Shown here: positions 45,774 to 53,561 of the stretch, in pieces
Position numbering within the stretch: the stretch's first letter is position 1
Layout: the number at the start of each line of letters is the position of its first letter
Assembly (NCBI GenBank): GCA_045612485.1
Contig: JAZKZE010000067.1
Coordinates: forward strand, 1 to 61,886
Direction of reading: 5' to 3'
Source of the DNA: Victivallales bacterium
GTDB taxonomy: Bacteria; Verrucomicrobiota; Lentisphaeria; Victivallales; UBA1829
Length of the DNA: 61,886 nucleotides
Made by a program: the position numbers and the translations under genes
The notes under the pieces: model-generated
Told to the model about the DNA's origin: nothing
The model's database searches: none
What the model saw: the letters and a program-made list of their open reading frames with translations, nothing else

Positions 45774-47018
45774 TTACTTTGCAAATCTTTTTACCGTACC
45801 TTTTACGATATTTATGATGATTTCCACACTTTTTTCCATTTTTTCCACAGAAATATACTCATATTCCCCGTGGTAATTGCCTCCGCCTGTTCCAAGATTC
45901 GGACAAGGTACTCCCATAAAGGAGAGCCTTGCTCCATCGGTACCGCCGCGGATGGGGACGGTACGGGGAGTAAAGGAAGCCTCCCTTATGGCGTCAAAGG
46001 CAAGTTCTTTCATAAAGGGATATTTTTCCATGACCTGTGCCATGTTTTCATATTGATCAGAAATTTTTGCTTCAATAAAATTTTCCCCGTATTTCTTTTG
46101 CAGAAGAAATGTGATCTCCTGTATTTTTGCTTTTCTTGCCTCAAATTTTTCTTTATTGTGATCCCGTAAAAGATATTGGCTCTTTGCTTCCGAGGAACTG
46201 CCGTTGAGGTCATGAAGAAAATAAAATCCTTCATAGCCTTCCGTTTTTTCCGGAACCTCCTCCCGGGGGAGAAGAGAATGAAACTCCCAGGCAAGGGAAA
46301 GAGCATTGATCATTTTCCCTTTTGCCGAGCCGGGGTGAACGGGAAGTCCGTGGAACTGAATGGTTGCTCCGACGGCATTGAAGTTTTCATATTCATACAG
46401 ATCCACTTTTCCGCCATCCAGAGTAAAGGCAAATTCAGCGCCGAATTTTTCCACATCAAAGTGATCCATGCCGCAGCCGATCTCCTCGTCGGGAGTGAAA
46501 GCAAAGGCGAGAGGTCCGTGGGGGATATTTTCTTTTACGATCCTTTCCAGTGCGGCAATGATCTCTGCACATCCGCCTTTATCATCCGCCCCGAGAAGGG
46601 TCGTTCCGTCTGTAACAACAAGGGTATCGCCGCGCAAGTCTGCAAGATCCGGAAAAAGGGTTTCTGAAAGGGTTTTGCCGCTTGTTCCCAGAGGAATGGG
46701 GGTTCCGTCATATTGAACAAGGACAGGTTTGATATTTTTTCCGCTTGCCGCATCGGAAGTATCCATGTGGGCGATAAAACCGCAGCAGGGGATCTTTTCC
46801 AGTCCCTCCGCCGGAGGGAGAAAACCGTAAACATATCCTTTTTCTGTTACAGCAGTATTGACTGCACCGGCTTTTTTCAGATCATCACAGAGGATTTTTG
46901 CCAGTTCCAGCTGACCGGGGGTGGAAGGGACGGTTTCCGATTCTGCAGAGGAACGGGTATTGATTTTTACATATCTCAAAAATTTTTCCAGTACGGGGCT
47001 GTTTGCATACTTATTCAT
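45774..47018 (-). CDS. pepT: Peptidase T
   Basis: AHMDTS, LLGADDKGG, FTPDEEIG, HPGSAKGKM, IRGGTDG. Confidence 0.96.
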   Translation of the reverse strand: MNKYANSPVLEKFLRYVKINTRSSAESETVPSTPGQLELAKILCDDLKKAGAVNTAVTEKGYVYGFLPPAEGLEKIPCCGFIAHMDTSDAASGKNIKPVLVQYDGTPIPLGTSGKTLSETLFPDLADLRGDTLVVTDGTTLLGADDKGGCAEIIAALERIVKENIPHGPLAFAFTPDEEIGCGMDHFDVEKFGAEFAFTLDGGKVDLYEYENFNAVGATIQFHGLPVHPGSAKGKMINALSLAWEFHSLLPREEVPEKTEGYEGFYFLHDLNGSSSEAKSQYLLRDHNKEKFEARKAKIQEITFLLQKKYGENFIEAKISDQYENMAQVMEKYPFMKELAFDAIREASFTPRTVPIRGGTDGARLSFMGVPCPNLGTGGGNYHGEYEYISVEKMEKSVEIIINIVKGTVKRFAK

Positions 47019-47157
47019 TGAATACCTCCTTTTTTGGCGAAATATACACGCAAAAAAGGAATATGTAAAGTTTTTTATCCGGATAAATACAAAAAAAACA
47101 GCATAGGGGAATGGAAAAATTTATTTTACAGTGTATATTGACCGGAAGCAGAAACTG

Positions 47158-47195
47158 TTTTGCGTAAAATGTCAGATTTTTGCGTAAAATGTCAG
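47158..47195 (+). promoter_or_regulatory. Perfect 18-bp direct repeat with 20-bp period; probable activator site
   Basis: TTTTGCGTAAAATGTCAG at 47158-47175 and 47178-47195, upstream of TATGAT (47224). Confidence 0.6.
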
Positions 47196-47275
47196 GTAAC
47201 GGGATTTGTTATTGTTTTTCCGGTATGATATTGTAAAGCATCCGTAAAACCGAAAACAAAAATATGGAGAAAAAA

Positions 47276-48421
47276 ATGGAAAAGATCCGTATGGGTGTAG
47301 TCGGGCTGGGCCACCGTGGACGCAATATGTTCAAACTTGCCGCAGAAGCCTTCCCGGACTATGTGATTCCTGCCGCCGCTTGCGACCTTATTACCGCTAA
47401 CTGGACAGACACAAAGTTCCAGCAGACAAAGTCGATGGCGGAACAGTTCCCGGAAACCGTCTTTTACACCGATTTCCACACTATGCTCAAAGAAGCAAAT
47501 CTGGATGCCATCCTCATTGAAACCGGAGCGGATATCCATGCACAATTCTGCGCGGACTCCCTTATGGCGGGGGTAAATGTATTAAGCGATATTCCCGTTG
47601 TCGCTACAATAGAGGAAGCGGATATGCTGTGGAAAGTACATAAAGAATGTAAAAATGTGATGTTTTCCACCGGGGCAAACTCCAATACCACACGCTATTC
47701 CCGGATGATGCGGGAACTTTATAATGCCGGATATCTGGGCAAACCCTATTATATGGAAGCGGAATATGTTACCGGTCAGCACTGGGAGGATAATCTCTAC
47801 AGAAAAGTCAATCCCCTTACAGAAAACGGTGATTGGAGAAAACTTCTTTCCCCCATCCGTTATTGTACCCACTCTCTGGGGCCCTTCCTCGCATTCGTGC
47901 CGGAAGATTTGAGAAAAGTCTCCTGCTTCGGGACTGGACCGCAGGCACCCATTGAAGAGTACGGAGGGTTCCCCAAGGATGATGTGCAGACCGCCCAGTT
48001 CCAGACTGATTCCGGAGTAGTTATCAAACTATTGCGTACCGGCAGATGCCGTGCCAAGATCGGCAGTCACAACTACCGCGTTTTCGGTACGGAAGGCTAT
48101 TTTGAAAGCGAAAGTGAAAGAGGAAAACGCGGACAGGTCATGCGGTACAACTCCACTAAATACTATCCTGCCTCCGAACTTCTGGAACAGGAAGGTGGTT
48201 ATATGCCCTATGAGTGTATCCATAACCCTGCTGCCGCAGGTCACGGGGGAGCGGACTATGTGCTTCTGGATGACTTTATCAAAGCTCTTCTTACAGGCGG
48301 CGAGCCTCCTATCTCTCTGAAGGAAGGTCTGCGTATGACGCTGCCGGGGATCTATGCGGAAATGTCTGCCAAACAGGGCGGGGAACTTCTGGAGATCCGC
48401 TATCCCTGGGACAACGAATAA
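47276..48421 (+). CDS. Gfo/Idh/MocA protein, GH109-like NAD-dependent glycosidase (copy 1)
   Basis: VGLGHRG, YCTHSLGP, GHGGAD. Confidence 0.8.
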   Translation: MEKIRMGVVGLGHRGRNMFKLAAEAFPDYVIPAAACDLITANWTDTKFQQTKSMAEQFPETVFYTDFHTMLKEANLDAILIETGADIHAQFCADSLMAGVNVLSDIPVVATIEEADMLWKVHKECKNVMFSTGANSNTTRYSRMMRELYNAGYLGKPYYMEAEYVTGQHWEDNLYRKVNPLTENGDWRKLLSPIRYCTHSLGPFLAFVPEDLRKVSCFGTGPQAPIEEYGGFPKDDVQTAQFQTDSGVVIKLLRTGRCRAKIGSHNYRVFGTEGYFESESERGKRGQVMRYNSTKYYPASELLEQEGGYMPYECIHNPAAAGHGGADYVLLDDFIKALLTGGEPPISLKEGLRMTLPGIYAEMSAKQGGELLEIRYPWDNE

Positions 48422-48455
48422 AAAAAGATGATAAGGACAAAATAGGAGAATTAAT

Positions 48456-49601
48456 ATGGATAAAAAGATACGTTTGGGGGTAGTCGGGCTGGGACACAGA
48501 GGCCGTAATATGTTCAAACTTGCTGCAGAGGCTTTTCCGGATCAGGTGATCCCTGCCGCCGCTTGCGACCTCATCCCCGCCAACTGGACAGAAACAAAAT
48601 TCCAGCAGACAAAAGCCATGTGTGATATCCTGCCGGAAACAAAGTTCTATACCGATTTCCAGACTATGCTCAAAGAAGCAAATCTGGATGCCATCCTTAT
48701 TGAAACCGGGGCGGATGTCCATGCCTATTTCTGTGCAGAGGCATTGAAAGCAAATATCCATGTATTGAGCGATATTCCTGTGGTGGCATCCATTGAGGAA
48801 GCGGATATGCTGTGGAAAGTACATAAAGAAAGCAAAGCCATTTTCTCCACAGGTTCCAATCCCAATTATGCCCGCTATACCATTATGATGCAGGAACTGT
48901 ATAAAAAAGGGTATCTGGGCAAACCCTATTACATGGAAGCAGAATACGTTACCGGTCAGCACTGGGAGGATAATCTTTTCCGGAAAGTCAATCCTCTTAC
49001 GGAAAACGGCAACTGGCGGAAACTTCTTTGTCCCATCCGCTATTGTACCCACTCTCTGGGGCCCTTCCTCTCTTTTGTAAAGGAGGACTTGCGGAAAGTT
49101 TCCTGTTTCGGAACAGGGCCGCAGGCTCCCATTGAAGAGTATGGAGGTTTTCCCAGGGATGATGTACAGTCTGCCCAGTTCCAGACGGAATCCGGGGTAG
49201 TTATCAAACTTCTGCGTACAGGCAGATGCCGTGCGAAAATCGGAAGTCACACCTACCGCCTTTTCGGTACGGAAGGATATTTTGAAGATATCAGTGAAAG
49301 AGGGAAAGTACCCCGTACCATCCGGTACAATTCCACCAAATACTATCCTGCTTCCGAACTTCTGGAACAGGAAGGAATTGCCACGCCCTTTGAATGTCTG
49401 CACAATCCAGCCGCCACAGGTCACGGCGGAATGGATTACCGTCTTCTGGAAGACTTTATTACTGCCGTTCTTACAGGTGGCGAGCCTCCCATCTCCCTGA
49501 AAGAGGGGCTTCGTATGACACTTCCGGGGATCTATGCGGAAATGTCTGCCAAACAGGGTGGTAAACTTCTTGAGATCAGGTATCCCTGGGATAACGAATA
49601 A
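48456..49601 (+). CDS. Gfo/Idh/MocA protein, GH109-like NAD-dependent glycosidase (copy 2)
   Basis: Close tandem paralog of copy 1; YCTHSLGP, GHGGMD. Confidence 0.8.
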   Translation: MDKKIRLGVVGLGHRGRNMFKLAAEAFPDQVIPAAACDLIPANWTETKFQQTKAMCDILPETKFYTDFQTMLKEANLDAILIETGADVHAYFCAEALKANIHVLSDIPVVASIEEADMLWKVHKESKAIFSTGSNPNYARYTIMMQELYKKGYLGKPYYMEAEYVTGQHWEDNLFRKVNPLTENGNWRKLLCPIRYCTHSLGPFLSFVKEDLRKVSCFGTGPQAPIEEYGGFPRDDVQSAQFQTESGVVIKLLRTGRCRAKIGSHTYRLFGTEGYFEDISERGKVPRTIRYNSTKYYPASELLEQEGIATPFECLHNPAATGHGGMDYRLLEDFITAVLTGGEPPISLKEGLRMTLPGIYAEMSAKQGGKLLEIRYPWDNE

Positions 49602-49641
49602 AACAGAAATTACAACCATAAATCATATAAAGGAGTAGAAA

Positions 49642-50418
49642 ATGTCTTTTTCCCAAGTTCTTGAAGCAGTACAGGAAGGTATGCTTCTTATTTGTCACGC
49701 ATCGTTTAAAAAATGCAAAGAAGAAGGTCTGACCCCGGAAGAGGTCATTACTGCATTGCAGAAAAAACTTGGACCTGAAGGGACATTGATGATGCCTACC
49801 TTCTCCTATTGTTATCTCAATCACCCCCGCCACAGAGTTTGGGACAAGGATGAAACCCCCGGTGTACTCAACGGCGTTCTTTCTGAAACGTTCCGTACGT
49901 TCCCCGGGACTGTCCGCAGCAACAATCCCACTTACTCTGTGGCTGTTTCCGGTAAATATACGGAACTTCTTACAACAGGCTCCGCGGACAATGCCGGACT
50001 GGGACACGGTTCCTCCTATGAAAATGCTTTGAAGAAGGGTGCCCACATTCTTCTTCTCAATGTAAGCAATAACCGGAACAGTATGCTGCATTATGCGGAG
50101 ATCGCTTCCGGTGTTCCCTATAACGACATTCCTTTCCGGGAAGCATGGGGGAGAAATGCTCTCACCAAAGACGGGGAGATGGTTCTTATTCCTGAATATC
50201 CCGCATGCAGTGAGGAATTTTCCAAATTTGATGCGGAATTTATTTCCATGGGATTTGCTCAGGATCTGGGGGGAAGTATGCTTATCAACGCTGCTGATAT
50301 GGTCAAATATATCTGCGGCAGAATCAATGTGCAGAAAGATGTGATGCTTTGCAGCAATGAGGAATGTGAATGTTGCAGACTGCGCAGGGAAAGACTTAAA
50401 AATATGGGGTTGATCTAA
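49642..50418 (+). CDS. AAC(3)/Antibiotic_NAT-family N-acetyltransferase
   Basis: GPEGTLMMPTFS, G.LSETFR...RS.NP..S, NSMLHYAE; C-terminal LC...CECC. Confidence 0.8.
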   Translation: MSFSQVLEAVQEGMLLICHASFKKCKEEGLTPEEVITALQKKLGPEGTLMMPTFSYCYLNHPRHRVWDKDETPGVLNGVLSETFRTFPGTVRSNNPTYSVAVSGKYTELLTTGSADNAGLGHGSSYENALKKGAHILLLNVSNNRNSMLHYAEIASGVPYNDIPFREAWGRNALTKDGEMVLIPEYPACSEEFSKFDAEFISMGFAQDLGGSMLINAADMVKYICGRINVQKDVMLCSNEECECCRLRRERLKNMGLI

Positions 50419-52299
50419 ATGGAAAATTCATTGTATGACATCATTTCTTCCGGGATCTGTATCGACCGTATCAGAGAACGTTCTTTAAAGATCCATGCTC
50501 TTGAAGGGAACTGCTCCTATTCCAATTTCAAAGATTCCACCTCTTATGCCATGAAGTGTATGGAGGAATCCGGCTTTGAACAGGTGGAAAGACGTGTTCT
50601 CAGATCCGACGGAAAAAATACTTATTTCGACTGTATCATGCCCAATGCCTGGGATATGAAGGGACGGGCTTTCGTCCGTATCAAGGACGATTCCCTTACA
50701 GAAGAAGAACAGTATATAGCAGACAGTAATATTGATCCCTTCAACTCCGGCGTGTGGGGCTGCGGTACTCCCGCAGGGGGAGTGGATACTGTCATTCTTG
50801 ACGATAGACTCGTTGCAAAAGAAGATCCGGAAGGAAAAAGCATTGCCGGAAAAGTCATTCTGATGGATGGCTACAGTATGGGGAGATACAAATATCTCGT
50901 ACTGCACAATGCCGCTGCGGTCATCATTTCCGATTCAAAATGCGGGGATGATTATCCCCAATACTGCCGCTGGTCCAATGCCATCGCCTTTACCGGCTGG
51001 TATCATACTGCCGATGATCCCCGTATTCCCATTTTTATCATCTCTCCCGCCAAAAGTGCCTTCCTGCGGTCACTTCTGGCAAAAGGGGAAGTAAAATGTC
51101 ATGCCGAAACGGATGCAAAAGTCTATGACGGAGAAATCTATACGGTAACAGGACTTATCCCCGGGAAAGAAAAAGAGGAGATCACCTTTTTTGCTCACAT
51201 GTATGAGCCTTTCATTCCTGATGATGCCACAGGCGGTATGATCATTATGGAACTGTGTAAAGCCATAAAAGATGCCGTTGATGCAGGAAAACTGCCGCCT
51301 TTGCAGAAATCTCTCAAAATCGTTCTTTCCATGGAAAGATACGGTTTTTACGAGTATTTCACCGATCCGGAACAGGTGAAAAAGATCCTTCATGTGATGA
51401 GTTTTGACAGTGTATGTCACTATATGGAAAAAGGAATGGCACGGATAAGTTTGAGACAAAGTTCCATCCTTGCCCCCACTTTCGTGGATTTCCTTACAGA
51501 AAGTCTTTTCCGCAAATATCTGAAAAATGATCATGTGGTAACAGAAAGAAACAATCTTTCCGATGATACCTTCTGTTCCGACGGCGATATGAAGATCCCC
51601 TCCATGTGGACACATACCTCCAATCCCCGCTGTCATCACAATGCCGGTCCCGGCTTTATGGATGCGGACTGGGATCTGGCGGAAAGTGTGGCAAAGATCA
51701 TGGGAACTCTTGTGGGACTTCTTTCTGTCACAACAAAAGAAGAGGCAGGAAAACTTGCCGGAAATGTAAGGACGATGATCGTAAAGGATCTGGAAGAAAA
51801 AATCACCGGTACTCTTTATGCCATCCGTACAAACCGCATCAAACTTGTTTCCGGCGCGGAAAAGATCCGTTTCCTTGCCCGCATTGCCGGAGAGCAGTAT
51901 CTTTCCTTCAACCGTTACTGGAAAGATCTCATTGCGGAAAAAGATGCGGAACTCTTTACCGATCTGGGGGAAGTTGCTGTAAAAAGTCTGCCCCTTCCTG
52001 AAGGAGAACTGCCGCTGCACGGTATGGAGAAAGAAGCGGACAAACTTATTGTCAAACGCCTTGTTCCGGGTACTCTCATGTCCCTGGCAAGGGTTCCTGC
52101 AAAGGAAAGACGCTCTCCTTTTGTGATCCCGGATCTCCTTTACATGCTTTTTGACGGGGAAAAGACACTTCTGGAATGTATGCGTCTTTTCAGTTTTGAA
52201 ATGGATAAGGAATTTGACGATGCATCCATTTCCAAATTTGTGGAATTTCTCCGGTATCTGGAAAAATATGGTTATGTAAGTCTTACATATAAAGATTAA
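50419..52299 (+). CDS. DUF4910/M28-like aminopeptidase-fold protein with PA domain and C-terminal winged helix
   Basis: W...A.V.I, PA-like insert, IPGKEKEEI.FFAH.YEP..DDATG, LFDGEKTLLE. Confidence 0.6.
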   Translation: MENSLYDIISSGICIDRIRERSLKIHALEGNCSYSNFKDSTSYAMKCMEESGFEQVERRVLRSDGKNTYFDCIMPNAWDMKGRAFVRIKDDSLTEEEQYIADSNIDPFNSGVWGCGTPAGGVDTVILDDRLVAKEDPEGKSIAGKVILMDGYSMGRYKYLVLHNAAAVIISDSKCGDDYPQYCRWSNAIAFTGWYHTADDPRIPIFIISPAKSAFLRSLLAKGEVKCHAETDAKVYDGEIYTVTGLIPGKEKEEITFFAHMYEPFIPDDATGGMIIMELCKAIKDAVDAGKLPPLQKSLKIVLSMERYGFYEYFTDPEQVKKILHVMSFDSVCHYMEKGMARISLRQSSILAPTFVDFLTESLFRKYLKNDHVVTERNNLSDDTFCSDGDMKIPSMWTHTSNPRCHHNAGPGFMDADWDLAESVAKIMGTLVGLLSVTTKEEAGKLAGNVRTMIVKDLEEKITGTLYAIRTNRIKLVSGAEKIRFLARIAGEQYLSFNRYWKDLIAEKDAELFTDLGEVAVKSLPLPEGELPLHGMEKEADKLIVKRLVPGTLMSLARVPAKERRSPFVIPDLLYMLFDGEKTLLECMRLFSFEMDKEFDDASISKFVEFLRYLEKYGYVSLTYKD

Positions 52300-52312
52300 G
52301 AAAGGAAAAATT

Positions 52313-53452
52313 ATGCGTTACTGGATCGCCAATGGTTCCGTTCATACAGCAATGACCCCGGAAGCTGTCAAAACCGATATTCTTATTGAAAACGGGAAAA
52401 TCGCAGCTTTCGGCAAAGCCGACGGCAAAGACCCCGTCATTGATGCCGCCGGAAAAGAGATCTATCCCGGACTTGTGGAAGCCCATTGCCATCTGGGACT
52501 TGCCGGATATGCTGTCAAATATGAAGGACACGATTACAACGAAAAAAATGATGTCACGACTCCGGAACTCAATGCTTATGACGGTTTCAATCCCTTTGAT
52601 CAGAGTATTGTCAATGCCAGAAGAGGGGGCGTTACAACTGTGGGAACAGGTCCCGGCAGTGCCAACGTGATCGGCGGAGCATTTATGGCAGTAAAGACTT
52701 ACGGAACAAGAGTGGATGATATGATCGTAAAGCCGAAAGTAGCCATCAAGTGTGCTTTCGGGGAAAATCCCAAGAATTTCTATCAGACAAAATCCGTTTC
52801 CTCCCGTATGACTACTGCTTTCAAATTGCGGGAAGCTCTTTTTAAGGCAAGAGATTATATGCGCAAGAAAGAAGCTGCGGGCGATGATGTCAGCAAACTG
52901 CCTGACTATAATATGCGGTGTGAAGCCCTTATTCCCGTATTGAAAGGGGAACTTCCTCTCAAGGCACACGCTCATCAGGCAAATGATATTTTTACTGCCA
53001 TACGCATTGCAAAAGAGTTCAATGTGCGTCTTACGCTGGAACATTGTACCGAAGGACATCTGATTGCCGATGCTCTGAAAAAAGAGGGATATCCTCTTGC
53101 AGTAGGTCCCGCCCAGATGCACGCAACCAAACCGGAATTGAAAAATAAATCCTATGCTACTGCCGGTATTCTTGCCAAAGCGGGCTGTCAGGTTTCCATC
53201 ATCACTGATTCGCCTGTGATCCCCCAGGAGTGTCTTGCTCTTGCCGCCGGACTTGCGGTAAAGGCTGGTATGGATGAATTTGCCGCATTGCAGGCCATTA
53301 CCATCAATCCTGCAAAACATCTGGGCATTTCTGACAGGGTGGGAAGTCTTGAAGTGGGGAAAGATGCTGATATTCTTGTCTGTGACGGCAATATTCTCAA
53401 TCCTCTCACCAAAGTGGAAAAAGTCTTTATCAACGGGGAAGAAACAGAATAA
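52313..53452 (+). CDS. Metal-dependent amidohydrolase
   Basis: PGLVEAHCH, KCAFGENPK, AHAH, EH, TDSPV, GSLEVGKDAD. Confidence 0.88.
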   Translation: MRYWIANGSVHTAMTPEAVKTDILIENGKIAAFGKADGKDPVIDAAGKEIYPGLVEAHCHLGLAGYAVKYEGHDYNEKNDVTTPELNAYDGFNPFDQSIVNARRGGVTTVGTGPGSANVIGGAFMAVKTYGTRVDDMIVKPKVAIKCAFGENPKNFYQTKSVSSRMTTAFKLREALFKARDYMRKKEAAGDDVSKLPDYNMRCEALIPVLKGELPLKAHAHQANDIFTAIRIAKEFNVRLTLEHCTEGHLIADALKKEGYPLAVGPAQMHATKPELKNKSYATAGILAKAGCQVSIITDSPVIPQECLALAAGLAVKAGMDEFAALQAITINPAKHLGISDRVGSLEVGKDADILVCDGNILNPLTKVEKVFINGEETE

Positions 53453-53490
53453 AACTTTTTCAGCAGGGGTGACCTGCCGGAGAAAATTAT

Positions 53491-53546
53491 AAAAAATAAA
53501 AGATATTATGAGTACCGCAGAATGGGGCTCATAATATCTTTTTTTT
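53491..53546. terminator. Bidirectional intrinsic terminator
   Basis: AAAAGATATTATGAG/CTCATAATATCTTTT stem between convergent genes. Confidence 0.8.
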
Positions 53547-53561
53547 GTCTGTTCAATGATT

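Noticed and set aside
49642-50418. AAC(3) as an acquired aminoglycoside resistance gene
   Set aside because: Embedded in a metabolic operon with no mobile context; family membership alone does not imply resistance.
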